From Prorocentrum cordatum (taxonomy: Eukaryota), in contig CAUYUJ010000109.1 of NCBI GenBank assembly GCA_963575745.1, forward strand, positions 62,001-118,148: a stretch of DNA of 56,148 nucleotides, in the 5' to 3' direction. The notes beneath the pieces are model-generated. The model saw nothing but the letters and a program-made list of their open reading frames with translations. It was not told where the DNA came from and searched no databases. Positions within the stretch are counted from its first letter, which is position 1. Each line of letters opens with the position of its first letter. Shown one piece after another: positions 11,757 to 26,545 of this stretch. The position numbers and the translations under genes were made by a program.

Positions 11757-11851
11757 TTTCTGGGGGGGGTGGGGGCCCGAGGGCGCGCGCCCTTGCGGCC
11801 GGCCGCGCGCCCGCCGTGGGCCTCCGCCGGAGGCGGGGCCGCCGCGCGCGT

Positions 11852-11854
<3 letters not shown>

Positions 11855-11913
<59 letters not shown>

Positions 11914-11960
11914 GGTTGTCGTGGTCGTGGTCGTCGAAGTCGTCGTCGTCGTCGTCGTCG
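11855..11960 (+). repeat. (GTC)n microsatellite
   Basis: Directly visible. Confidence 0.95.
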
Positions 11961-12951
11961 ATGTCAGGGGTGAAAGAAAGGTGGAGGAAAAGGCGGGTCA
12001 TTATCATCATGACGATGAGTAGGACGGAGGGAGGCAGGGAGGGAGGGAGGGCGGTCAGGAGGCGGCGGCGGAGGAGGGGGATTGCAAACCAGGAACAAGG
12101 CGTACCATCGCACGCTAGGTGAAGGGATGTACCTGTATTTTTGTTGTTCTCTCCTTTAGGGGGGGGGAATAATATTGATTTTCGTTCGCGATGTATTGGG
12201 TATTCTCATACTCCCGTTTCTGCGCTCGGCGTGGGTTCCCCTGCAGGAGTTGGTCAGAGCGACGGACGTTTGTCATCGTGAAGGTCGTACGGCCGATGCC
12301 GCCGACCCTGAAGGCGGGAGCTCCCCCGAGGCCCCCGCTGACCCCAGACCCCCTCCAAGGGCCCCTTGTCCACAGGAAGGACCACCCCCCAGGACCCGCC
12401 AGGGCCTCGGGGGATGCGATAGCGCCAACAACGCGGTTTAACACCCCCTAAAACAGCCTCGTTCTCGCAGGCATGGGACGAAAGATCAGCTCCGTCACCC
12501 AGATCATCATCATAAGTCAGGTCCAGGCTTGGTTGTATGCGCGTCAGCTGCTCCAAAGACGTCTCCACGCCCTGGGGGGGCGGTAATCTCTTGTCCCCCC
12601 CTTTCTGTCCCCAGGGGAACGGGGGGGGGGTGGGTGGCAGTAATCTGACCCAGTGCCCCAGCGGGGACCACCCCACCGGGACCCGCCCAGACCCCCGGGG
12701 GCAGTAATCTGACTCAGGACACCACCCGCCCGCCCCCTCCTCCCCCGTACCCCTCCCCCTCTTCCCCACCCCGCACCGCCCACCCCGTCAGGGAAGGGAA
12801 ACCGTGAAGGAACTCGACTCAATTATGACCTTTTTCCTGTTCGTTCCTCAATTTCCCTGGGACTGGCGACGACGACGATGATGACGACGACGACGAAGAC
12901 TACAACAGCGCCTCACACCTGCCGAAGGGTCGTTGGATTCTACAATCGTTG

Positions 12952-14165
12952 AAGCTTAGCGTGTTCTCACAAGCGCATCCAGAAACGACGCCCACTCGAT
13001 TTGCCTTGATCAGGGAAGTGTAGGAGCGAGCAGTGGGATAAAGATGGGGCGCAGTCGTCAACGCGATACTCGGGATCAGCCTGAGCAGACCCAGGAGTTA
13101 ATAATAATGCCTTGGTTCATCTTTCGGTCTGGGAACTTCTTGCAAGCTCATTTCAGAATATCGTGGTACTCTCGGATGCATTTTGGAGGCCTTTGGGGCT
13201 CTTGGGGCCGTCTTGGGGGTGCCCTAGGGTCCTCGTGCTCCGATATAGGAGGCCATCGTTGAACAAAGGCTAGTTTTTTGCGCCTACCCCCGTCGTCGAC
13301 AGACCAATCGTTTACTGCGGCCCCGCTCTCGGTGCCCTCTTTGGGTCGTCTTGCCACCCTTACGGCTCCTTCTTGGGGACCTTGGACGATCTTGCAGCCA
13401 TCTTGAGATTTCGAAAGCCAATCGGAAGCGAAAAGATGAGAGTTACAAATACATCGAAACCAGTGCTTGTAATGAGAGTGGCCTCTCGGGGGCGTCCTTT
13501 GGAGACTCCGGGGTCACTTGGTGCCTTCTTGAGGTCCTCTTGGGTCCTCTATGCTGAAGATTATCTTGATCCAACTCGGGCCATCTTGCGCCATCTTGGA
13601 GGCAATTTTAAGGCATCTTGGGCTATCTTGGAGCCTTCTGCAAGACCGAGGGCATCAGCACGCGCTTTGTTTTTCAACACGGCTTTGTCTTTGAGCGACG
13701 TAGGGGTCCTTCCTTAGATCTCCCGAGTGAAGCCCGACGAATTGCATCTTGGGGCGCTCCGTCTTGGAGCCCTCCTGGGCCCTCCTTGGGGCTGTCTTGC
13801 AGTCATCTCGATGCATTAAAATTCCATTGGGAGCGAAATGTTAAGACATTCAACATGGAGCAACCTTCATATTTTAATAAGTTTGACATAGGGGCGTCCG
13901 TGGAAGGCTCGGTGGCTATTTGGAGCCGTCTTGGGGCCTCTAGGGGCCTCTCGGAGGCATGCTGGAAACCATCTTGAGCCATCTTGGGTTATCTTGTGAC
14001 ATCTTGAAGACCATCTTGTGTCATCCGCGGCCATCTTGGAGTCCTCTTGGGCCATCTTGCACGCTGCTACGGGTCCTCCCCCCGACAAGACCCAGGGTGA
14101 AGGGGAAGGGGGGAGGAGCCACGCTACTCCCCGAACGACGGCAGCCTCGCTCACTCCCACCCGCC
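12952..14165 (+). mobile_element. Diverged member of the same dispersed repeat family (copy D)
   Basis: AAGCTTAGCGTGTTCTCACAAGCGCATCCAGAAACGACGCCC aligns without gaps to ACGCTTCGCGTATCCCCACCAGCCCATCCAGAAACGACGCCC; internal GCCATCTTG repeats; CTCGCTCACTCCCACCCGCC near the end is shared with ~56126-56145. Confidence 0.5.
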
Positions 14166-15284
14166 AGTCACCTATGCAGCACTCGAGTCTCTGGATGGTC
14201 AGGGACCGCCATCGACAACAGTCGGAAACCGATGCAGACGCCGACCAGGTGCGCTGCGCCCGCGAGGTGTGCCGCGCGTGCTAGGGCCCCCCCACCCTCC
14301 CTGTCAAATAGCAATGCAACATAGTTCAAGATTTTGTCGTAACGTGCGCTAGGCGTTCGTTTTGACAGGGATGGTGGGCCTGCATGTGCCAGGCAATATG
14401 ATGCCCCACCACCGTCGCTGAGACCGCGCTACAAAAAAACGCGGGGCGCCCGAACATGAGCAATCTTTTGCCGCAAATGGTATTGCACATTGTTCTTTCG
14501 CATGTACGTTGGTGGTTTGTTGATGTTGGCCCTGGTCAGGGTCCTGTGGAGCGGGGAAGGGGGTGTATAATGACCAGGAGCAGTGGTACATACTCCCCGA
14601 TTCGGAAGAAGGGGGGCGGAGCAACGAGCTCGCTGAAGCAGCTACGAAGAAGAACGCGCAGAACGGGTCGTGCGTTCTAGATCCAGCTCCGTGCGGACCG
14701 TTGTGCCATCCCCTCCTCACCTCATCGGCGCCGTGCCTGCGAGCGCCGCAGGACCTTCGAGAGCACTGCGGTGCGCGGCGCTCTGCACACTCTGAGAGCG
14801 CACGCGAGAGCGGCAGAACCCGCTCCTGACGCTGCGGCCGTCGGATAGCGCAGCAGGTCTTGAGCATCGCCGCGCCCATCTCGAGGAAGCGCAAGCCAAG
14901 GCGCGTGGTTTAGCGGCGGGTCCCGTGTTTCACGCCAGTAGGAATCAGCGCGCACTGTCGACAAATCAGGCGGTGTGTGCTTCATGCTTTCGGGGGAGGT
15001 GCGGATGGGCGCAGAGTTGTGATGTCTTCCCCCCCCACCCGCCCGCGAGCCAGATCCACGAATCTGTGATTCATGTTCGTGTGTGCTTGCCAATCAACAC
15101 CAGCATGATTGTGGTTCGCACAGGGCTTGTTATCACCACCGAGACCGAACTGGGTAAGGAGCAGTAGGGTACCCAGGGAGGACAGTTGTGACGGTGAGTA
15201 GGAGACGGGGGAGCAGGAACGGCCAGGAGGAATTATGTGAGGGGGGAGGAAGAGGGGACGTGTGCGGGGTAGGATATATATACG

Positions 15285-15937
15285 TGGATGATTCAGATGA
15301 TGATGACGATGTTGAGGATGGTTGTGAGGAAGACGACGGCCATTTCGATCATGGTGTTGATTCTGTTGTTTCTGATGCCGCTGATGCTAGTGATGCATTT
15401 GAGGACGATGCCGTTGAGGATTATGAGGATGTATGTGGTGATGATGGTGATGATGGCGATGATGACGATGACGACGACGATAACGAGGACGATGATGATA
15501 CTAATGATGAGGATGATGACGACGATGTTAATGCTGATGATGATGTCGATGTTGATGATGCTGATGCTGTTGATGCTGATGCTGATGCTGATGCTGTTGA
15601 TGCTGATGCTGATGCTGATGGTGATGATGATGATGATTGTTGTGGTGGTGTTGACGTTGCTGCTTGCTGCTGCTGCTGATGATTCTGATGATGATGATGC
15701 TGATGCTGCTGCTGATGATGATGATGATGAGGATGATGATGATGGCTGTGATGATGATGCTCATCATATTGATGGTAATGTCTCTTAGCTCGCTGATGGT
15801 GGCCGTTTGACGATATAATGGTGATGATGATTGCGATGGCGACGACGTTGATAAGGATTGGCATGCTGATGTTATTGATGATGATGGTGATAGTGATGAT
15901 GATGATTCTGATGAAAATGACAATGCTGATGTGAATT

Positions 15938-15987
<50 letters not shown>

Positions 15988-16274
15988 TGGCGATGTCGAA
16001 GCGGATGACGATGACGATGATGCTGCTGGTGATGATGATAATGATGATGATGATGATATTGATGATGGCGATGGTGCTCATGCTGGTGATGATGAAGATG
16101 AAGATGACGATGAAGATTGTGATGGCGAAGATGATGTTGGTACCTATGCTGGTGATGCTGATGATGCTGATGATGGTGATGATACTCTCAATGAGGATGA
16201 TGCTGTCAATGCGGATGATGATGACGATGATGATATTGATGGTGATGACGATGACGATGATGCTGCTGAACACC

Positions 16275-16310
<36 letters not shown>

Positions 16311-16311
16311 C

Positions 16312-16355
<44 letters not shown>

Positions 16356-17053
16356 AGGATTATGGTAGCGATTATGGTGATGCTCAGGTTGCGGTTGATG
16401 TTGATGTTTAGCTTGTTGTCGGGGATGCCGATGGTTGTGATGCTGATGATGCTGCTGCTGCCAATGATGGCGACGAAGAACGGCGACGATGACGATGACA
16501 ATGATGGTGATGATCATGGTAATGAGGATGACGATGCTGATGATGATATGATGATGATGATGACGGTGGTGGTGCTGGTGGTGATGGTGATGATGAAGTT
16601 GACGATAATGATGACCACGACGATGATGAGGATAATAATCATGATGACGATGATAATGAGAAGGTCGAGAACGATGACGATGATGATAATGCAGATGAGG
16701 TTGCTGTCAATGATGATGATGATGCTGATGATGATGCTGATGATGACCATGCTTGCTGATTGATGATCGGTGGTAGGTTGATAATTTGTGGTCCATGATA
16801 GTGATGATCACGATGATGATGATGCTGATGATGATGATAATGATGCAGAATATGATGATGCTGATTCTGATGATGATGGTGATGATGATGATGATGATGA
16901 TGACCTTGACGATGATGATGACAATGATGACGAATATAATGATGTTAACGACTATGATATATGATGATGATGCTGATGCTGATGCTGATGCTGATGCTGA
17001 TTATGATGCTGATTATGATGATGAAGACGGGATGACGGATGGATTATAATGAC

Positions 17054-17128
<75 letters not shown>

Positions 17129-17136
17129 GGTGGTGG

Positions 17137-17175
<39 letters not shown>

Positions 17176-17204
17176 CGATGTTGATCATGATGTTGCTGAT
17201 GATG
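15285..17204 (+). repeat. Degenerate (GAT)n low-complexity tract
   Basis: Directly visible; includes a segment duplicated at 18512-19250. Confidence 0.95.
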
Positions 17205-17836
17205 CGCCCCCCAGACGTGTATGCGCTCTCGGCGTGCAGCTGCCATCCAGTTACGTTTCTCTTGCGGCGGTTAGCTGCGCCCCCCATCTCCGCGCCAGTC
17301 GCGCCCTGCAGGCCGCAGTGGCCCTCCCACTGCCGGTCGGCACTATGGCTTCGGAAGGTCGGCGGTGTCCACCGAGGTGAGGGTGTCTGTGGCGGGTTGC
17401 CTTGCCAGTGTGGCGTCTCGCCCGCGTTCCTCGGCGCACCTCCCCCTCGCCGGTCCCGACCCGTCCTCCGTTGGCCGACGCCTCCTCAACAGCTCTGTAG
17501 TGGTGTTCGCTGGCTGCGCGCTGAGAGGATCAGCCTTCAGCGCCGTCAGCCTGTTTTCCACCCCCAGCAGCCGGTCCGCCGGGCTGGTGCCAGTTGTCTG
17601 TTTGAGGTGTTGCTCGGAGCTTGGCGCCGCGAGGGCGACGTTCCGTTGCGCCCGCACCTCTGTGCGCTCGTTCTTTTGGACCGGGCGGCGCCTAGGTGCG
17701 TCTCGGCTCGAATGTGGAGCATTTTGCTCAGTGCACGGTGCACCGCGCGCCTTGCGTGCAATTTGCCTGTTCCGCCGTCCTGGACACGCCTGTTGCCGCC
17801 AGACCGTCGTCGCGCGGCCGCCGACCAACCAAGAAG
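17205..17836 (+). mobile_element. Probable 3' portion of a retroelement ending at TATCCCCACCAG
   Basis: Non-repetitive GC-rich block ending ...CCAACCAAGAAG then TATCCCCACCAG (17837-17848), the same junction motif as at 8995 and 54560. Confidence 0.45.
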
Positions 17837-17848
17837 TATCCCCACCAG

Positions 17849-18407
17849 CTGCAAAAGGTGGCAGCTTCCTCCCTGGCTCCTACACGCCCTGGGCGCTCTT
17901 CTGAGCGAGCGGCACGCCCAAACCTGCAAGGGCAAGTGCAGGAGCAAAGCAAGACGCCTGCTCCGCTCGATCGGCATGGGCGGTACGGCCTCCCCGCTTC
18001 TCTGGTGCATGGGCTACGACCCGCTGATAGAAGCCGTCGCCAACATTGCCGGTGACGCCAGCCCCGCATATGTCGACGACTTAGCGGCTCTTCTCGCATC
18101 TACGGGCCAGGTGCTACGTGCGGCCATTGCCCGCCCTCCCCTGGCTCGCCAAGGTGGCTGGCCTCCAGGTCGAAATTCGCATATGCAGAGGGATCCACAT
18201 GCCCTTCGACAGCCGCGTCACTCTCGCCCTGGCTGAAGTGCCCGTCACCCTGGAAGGTCGGGGCAACGAGATCTGCATCGCGGGCCGGCCCCCCGCCCTC
18301 ATCCAGGCCCTCGTCCTCGGCTTGCTCGGCCCAGCCTCGGCGGCTGCTTGCCGCCCCTGGCATGCCCCCTGCTTCTTCAGCTTCAAAACTGCACTGGTGC
18401 CCGCGAG
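17849..18407 (+). pseudogene. Reverse transcriptase fragment (non-LTR type), 5'-truncated and frameshifted
   Basis: RSIGMGGTASPLLWCMGYDPLIEAV...PAYVDDLAAL (YVDD at 18069-18080); continues in another frame (LAKVAGLQV...) and is cut by a GAT tract at ~18408. Confidence 0.8.
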
Positions 18408-20150
<1,743 letters not shown>

Positions 20151-20999
20151 ATGGGGAGGGAAAGCAGGTGGCGGGACGAGGCCGATAAACGAAACTGGGA
20201 AAAGGATGAGGATAATCAGGAGGAAGATGAGGGAGGACGAGTGCTGCGAGGGGGAGTCATTTCGAATGGGCTGTCAGATGGACAGGAGGGCTGCAGGCGT
20301 GTGGAGGAAAGCTCGGAAGGCCTGCCTCCGAGGTGGAGTGCGAACGCTCGGCCTAGCGTAGCACCCTCCCGGTTGCGCGCCTCTCCGCGGGACCGCCGCC
20401 AGGCGCACCCGATGCCCGTAGATGGCGAGAGCACCGACGGGCCCAGGGGCGGCGACGCGGTCCGGTCCGCCAGGACTGCGGACGCAGGTGCGCCCGGGGT
20501 GTTCAGACGACGACCGCGACGGCGACGGCGACAACAATGCTCAGGGATGAAGCTCTTGGAGACGATCTGGGCCGTCTTGGGGCCTCTGAGGATCACCGAT
20601 GGCCTAGAGCTCCAGTGTCCCCCTGGGATCTGCGGGGACCTCGTGAGGCCTTCGGTGTCCTCTTCCTCTTGCGCGACGACGGCGGCGTCGACGTCGACGT
20701 CTTCGCTTTGAAGGCGTCTGCCCGTCTCTGGGGGTTCCGTTGCCGCGGTCGGATGCGGCTCGACTCACCAGCCAGGGTGCACATGGGGAGGAGCAGCGGT
20801 TTTGGTCGGATAGCACGGCGACGACGACGGCGACGACGACGGCGGCGGCGGCGGCGGGGGTGGCGGCGCCAGCGACAGCGACGGGTGGACGTTTCGGAGG
20901 TTTTCAGCTTTTGTGAAGGTACTCGTCGCCACGGCTGGAATCAGCTTGAGAATCTTGCCAGGATGGGCCTCGGGAGGGGTGTGGGGACTGAGTCGGAAG

Positions 21000-21262
21000 A
21001 AGACCGGTTCAACAGACGACGGGTTCAACAGGGACTGGTTCAACAGACGACCGGTTCAAGAGACACCGGTTCAACAGACGACCGGTTCAGCAAGGACCGT
21101 TTCAACAAAGACCACTTCAACAGGACCGGTTCCGCAGAACCGGTTCCACGGAACTGGTTCCACAGGACCGGTTCCGGAGGACCGGTTCCACAGAACCGGT
21201 TCCACAAGCCCGTTTCCACAGGATTGGTTCCACAGGACCGGTTCCGCAAGACGGGTTCCACA
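21000..21262. repeat. ~15 bp minisatellite built on ACCGGTTC
   Basis: Repeated GACCGGTTCAACA / ACCGGTTCCACAG units. Confidence 0.85.
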
Positions 21263-21518
21263 GAGGCGGCTCCCTCCTGCTACTCTCTCTCTCCTCCTCC
21301 TCCTCCTCCTGCTCCTCCTCCTCCTCCTCCTCCTCCTTCTCTCCTCCTCCTTCTCTCCTCCTCCTCCTCCTCCTCCTCCTCCTCCTCCTCCTCATCCATC
21401 CCCCTCTGCCCTCCCGCCCTCCCCCATCCCTCGTTGTCGCTACGTCCCCCCGCCCCACATCTCTCATCCCTCCCTACTTCCTCCTCCCCTCTCCTCCCTC
21501 ATCCATCATCGAGGGCCA

Positions 21519-22968
21519 CCCACCCGACCCGTCCCGCCCGACCCGACCCGACCCGTCCCGCCCTTCAGGGTCCGCCCGCCCGCCGGACCCGTCCCGCCCG
21601 TTAGGGTACTCGCGTGCCAAGTCGATGGTGCATCATACTTTTATGTTCCGCCCGCCCGACCCGACCCGTCCCGCCCGTCAGTGTCCGCCCGCCCGACCTG
21701 GCCCGTCCCGCCAGTTAGGGTCCGCCCGCCCGCCGGACCCGTCCCGCCCGTTAGGGTACTCGCGTGCCAACTCGATGATGCATCATACTATAATGTCCCG
21801 CCCGCCCGACCCGACCCGACCCGCCCGTTAGGGTCCGCCCGCCCGACCCGACCCGTCCCGCCCGTCAGGTCCGCCCGCCCGACCCGTCCCGCCCGTTAGG
21901 GTACTCGCGTGCCAACTCGATGGTGCATCATATCTTTAATGTCCCGCACGCCCGACCCGACCCGTCCCGCCCGTTAGGGTCCGCCCGACCCGACCCGACC
22001 CGTCCCGCCCGTTAGGGTCCGCCCGCTCGCCGGACCCGTCCCGCCCGTTAGCGTATTCGCGTGCCATCTCGATGATGCATCATTAGTTTATATCCCGCCC
22101 GCCCGACCCGACTCGTCCCGCCCGTTAGGGTCCGCCCGCCCGATCCGACCCGGCCGCGTTTTAGGGTCCGCTGGCCCGCCGGACCCGTCCCGCCCGTTAG
22201 GGCATTCGCGTGACAACTCGATGGTGCGTCACATTTGATAATGTCCCGCCCGCCCGACCCGACCCGACCCGCCCGTTAGGGTCCGCCCGCCCGACCCGAC
22301 CCGTCCCGCCCGTCAGGGTCCGCCGGCCCGCCGGACCCGTCCCGACCGTTAGGGTACTCGCGTGCCAACTCGATAGCGAATCATTCTTTAATGTCCCGCC
22401 CGCCCAACCCAACCCGACCCGCCCGTTAGGGTCCGCCCGCCCGACCCGACCCGTCCCGCCAGTTAGGGTCCGCCCGCTCGCCGGACCCGTCCCGCCTGTT
22501 AGGGTACTCGCGTGCCAACTCGATGGCGCATCATTCTTTAATGTCCCGCCCGCCCAACCCGACCCGACCCGCCCGTCAGGGTCCGCATGCCCGACCCGAC
22601 CCGTCCCGCCAGTTAGGGTCCGCCCGCTCGCCGGACCCGTCCCGCCCGTTCGGGTACTCGCGTGCCAAGTCGATGGTGCATCATACTTTAATGTCCCGCC
22701 CGCCCGACCCGACCCGTCCCGCCCGTTAGGGTCCGCCCGACCCGATCCGTCCCGTCCGTTAGGGTTCGCCCGCCCGCCGGGCCCGTCCCGCCCGTTAGGA
22801 TATTCGCGGGCCAACTCGACGATGCATCCTACTTTACTGTCCCGCCCGCCCGACGCTCCCGGACACGACCCGCCCGTCAGGGTCCGCCCGCCCGACCCGT
22901 CCCGCCCGTTAGGGTACTCGCGTGCCAATTCGATGGCGCATCATACTTTAATGTCCCGCCCGCCCGAC
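21519..22968. repeat. Satellite, ~150 bp unit, 10 copies
   Basis: Core GTTAGGGTACTCGCGTGCCAACTCGATGGTGCATCATACTTTAATGTCC recurs at ~21601, 21751, 21896, 22048, 22197, 22349, 22499, 22649, 22795 and 22909, separated by CCCGCCCGACCCG subrepeats. Confidence 0.93.
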
Positions 22969-24103
22969 CCCTCATCCCTCCCTCGTCCATCACCTCATCC
23001 CTCCCTCCCTCTCCTTCACCCTCCCCCTCACCTCCCTCCCTCATCCATCCGTCCCTCTCTCCTTCTTCGTTCCTTCCTGCAGACTCCCTCATTTCTCATC
23101 CTTCCCTTCCTCCCTCCCTCCGTCCCTCCCTCCCTTAATTATCTCTCCGTCCCTCGTCCTTCCGCCATCCCTCATCCTCTCTCGTCTATCCAACCCTCCT
23201 CCTCCCTACTTCCTCCCTCATCTCTCATTCCATCCATCATCCCGCCCTCCCTCGTCTTCGTTCTCGTCGCCGTCGTCGTCCTTCTTGCCGTCGTTATCGT
23301 GCCCCTCTCCGTCCTCCGTGGCGTGTGCAAGCCAGCCCAGGCTCCCCGTGCCGCTTCCTTCCACCAGCGCATGGTCGACCGAACCCCTCTGGCCACCGTT
23401 GTCGCAGCCATTCCTGACCGATTCGCGCGGCACACGAGGCTGGCCCATCTCCCTGCAGACCTTCTCCTTCTCCCCCTCCCCCTCCCCCTCCTCCTCCTCC
23501 TCCTCCTCCTCCTCCTCCTCCTCCTCCTCCTCCTCCTCGTCCTTCTGGCCCTTTCCTCGTCGGCAGCCCCGCCGAGCTCGCGGCGGGAGCCGCCGCTCCT
23601 CGGCGCCACCCCGGGGCTCGCGCCCCTGGGCGGACTCCCAGCGGGAGCGGCCCCGCCACTGGGAGGGCTCTTCCCTCTTCTCTCTTCCCTCTCCCTTCCT
23701 CCTCCTCCTCCTCCCTCCTCCCGCCGGGCAGGGCGGGATTTGAACGCTACCAAACTCTGTTTTTGATCGTTCGGCTCCACACATGCGTCCCAAATGGCCA
23801 CAGACGGCGTAGCGGAACATGACGCTTCCTCCCGTCGAGTCGATCTGTTTCCCCTTTTCCTCCCTCCTTCCTCTGGGCCCTCTCTGCCGCCGCGCTCTTC
23901 CTGCCGCGCCTTCCCGCTGCCACTCCCCGCTCCCCGCTCGTGCCCTCTCTCTCCGCCGCCGATGCGCCGTGCTTCCCGGGAGGCCACAGCGAGCCGCCGG
24001 TGCCGCAGATGAGCGACGATGAGCTCGTCAAGGAGCGGCTGCGGCCTGGAGCCAGCCGGGGTGCCTGAGGCGACCCAGCATTCGGTTCCGATCAGTAGGA
24101 TTA

Positions 24104-24259
24104 TGTCGGGCGTGTCCCCCTACAGGGGGATTTTCGACGAAAAATTATAACCCCCCCCAAAATATTCCCAAATGGCAAAACAAATAATCAAAGAATAGTC
24201 CCCAGACTATGTTTGGATTATTTTTTGAATATTCCCCCTGTAGAGGGACAGGCCCGACT
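24104..24259. mobile_element. MITE, ~156 bp, TA-flanked; same family as 50587-50748
   Basis: Imperfect TIR TGTCGGGCGTGTCCCCCTACAGGGG / CCCCTGTAGAGGGACAGGCCCGACT; 24237-24260 is the exact reverse complement of 50586-50609. Confidence 0.8.
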
Positions 24260-25314
24260 TAACAGTAGGAAGGGGAGGCAGGTTCGAGGTTCTGGGGTCT
24301 GGAGGGTTTTGGCCTTCCTCGGTCCCCGAGGGCTGTTTTCGGGCCCTGGGGCCGTCGAACACCGATCTGGGGTGAAAGCTGCGCAAGAGGGACCCCTCGG
24401 AGGGGTCTGGGGATGGATTTAGAGCGGATTTGGCCTTACCCCCCTCCTCTCTTGATAGATTTTCTCGGGGCCCAGCCAGCTCCTCAGAGCCCCTGGCCGC
24501 CTCCAACGTGAGCCAGGCTCTGTCGATGCCGAGGTTCAAGCTGGGGATGACGAGTGCGGGAACGAGCCGCGCGTCGCCCATTTGGCTCACGCCACGTGTG
24601 GAGCAGGGATCTCACTGCAAAGACACTTCGGATAGGCGTCCGTATCCCGAGGTGTCTCTGTGGCCCCGATCACGGTGTTCGACGGCGAACGCACTGCAAG
24701 CTAGAAGCAACACACACAGTAACGCATTCGGGGTGCACGACCAGCTGGTGGCATCTTAGGCGGTGCGTTCGACGGCGCTCTGGCAGCTGGACCATTCGGA
24801 GTCATGGCAGCCACGGCTTCAGGATCTTCGGGAGGGCAGGAACACAACGAGGATACGGGTAAGATGTGGCCGATGAGGTGCTCATCGGCTACGGAAGCAT
24901 CGAGCACGAGTCGTTGCCGTCGCAGTTGGGCCTTCAGAAACCCAAATGCGCTACAATGAAATCTCGGGCGAGAACGCCATCCCTGGAAACGGGGCATCTC
25001 TGGCTAAGTCGGCTCGGAGTCAGTCGAAAGGAAGTATCGAACGTGAGGCGTCGTTGTCGAAGTTGGACCTTCACCAGCTTGAAGGAACTGCGAGAAATTC
25101 TCTAGCGAGAAGGCACTCTTGAGTTGGGCCTGCAGAGACCACGGCTCACGACCAGCCGTGTGCGCTGACAAAAAGTACGACGTCGGAGGTCTCGGTACCT
25201 GCCTTTCCCTGGCTCGCCCTAGGGACCTTCGTGTGAGTATTCTCACAGTCGACGCAGTCGTGGCATGACGGGCGAGTGCCGAAAACCCGCGGCCTGGTGG
25301 CCACTCCACGGGCG

Positions 25315-25890
<576 letters not shown>

Positions 25891-25959
25891 ACGACCAGAA
25901 GAACCCAGGATATATCAACGATGCTGCAACACTCCCCCCTGTCCGGGTCCTCTCGTCGT

Positions 25960-26545
25960 GAGTGCTTAAACATATTTTGTCCTTGCGCGAAGCGGCGGCT
26001 TGTAAGACGATCGCGCCCTGCGCCCGCAAGTCAGGCGGGTTTCCCGTTTTGGTAAGCATCATATGCCCCTCTTTTTTTCGAGCTTGAAGCAATGCGACAA
26101 GAGGGGGGAGGTTCTAAAGTTCAAGGAAGTGTCCAGCGGTAGCGCCGCTTTGAAAAGGAGCCTCTCTCCACACTCATAACCGTTGCACAGTGGTCCTGAA
26201 ACCCGGCAAAGTCTCGAGCTATTTTCCCATTTTGAAAAGAAATCTCTGTTCATCCGAGGCTTCGTTGCATATTTTTGCGTTCCTGGGTATCAGATTTGAG
26301 GAAGGATCAGATGATATCCCAATTTTGAAAACTGAGACGTCCTGCATCTTTGTAACCGCTGGAATGTTTTAGACGACTGCGTGCGGCGCCAAGGCGAGAT
26401 CTCAATCTTGACAAGGAGCCGCCTTCAATTCGTATAGCTGTTTGTTTTGTAGCGCCGAGTTGTGCGGGGCGCCAAGGCGAGAGTTTCATTTTGAAAACGA
26501 CATTTTAAGCTCCAAGATCGTGAACCGTGAGACAGTCTTAAGCGA
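25960..26545 (+). repeat. Dispersed repeat with GGCGCCAAGGCGAGA...TTTTGAAA units; related copy at ~29690-30225
   Basis: GGCGCCAAGGCGAGA at ~26385, 26468 and 29834; shared CAAGATCGTG...GTGAG near both ends. Boundaries approximate. Confidence 0.55.

Noticed and set aside
21519..22968. CRISPR-like repeat-spacer array
   Set aside because: The intervening segments are near-identical GC subrepeats rather than unique spacers, and there are no cas genes.
24430..25290. C-terminal/3' remnant of a LINE (GSIEH resembles DSIEH)
   Set aside because: No intact Cys motif or RT motif.
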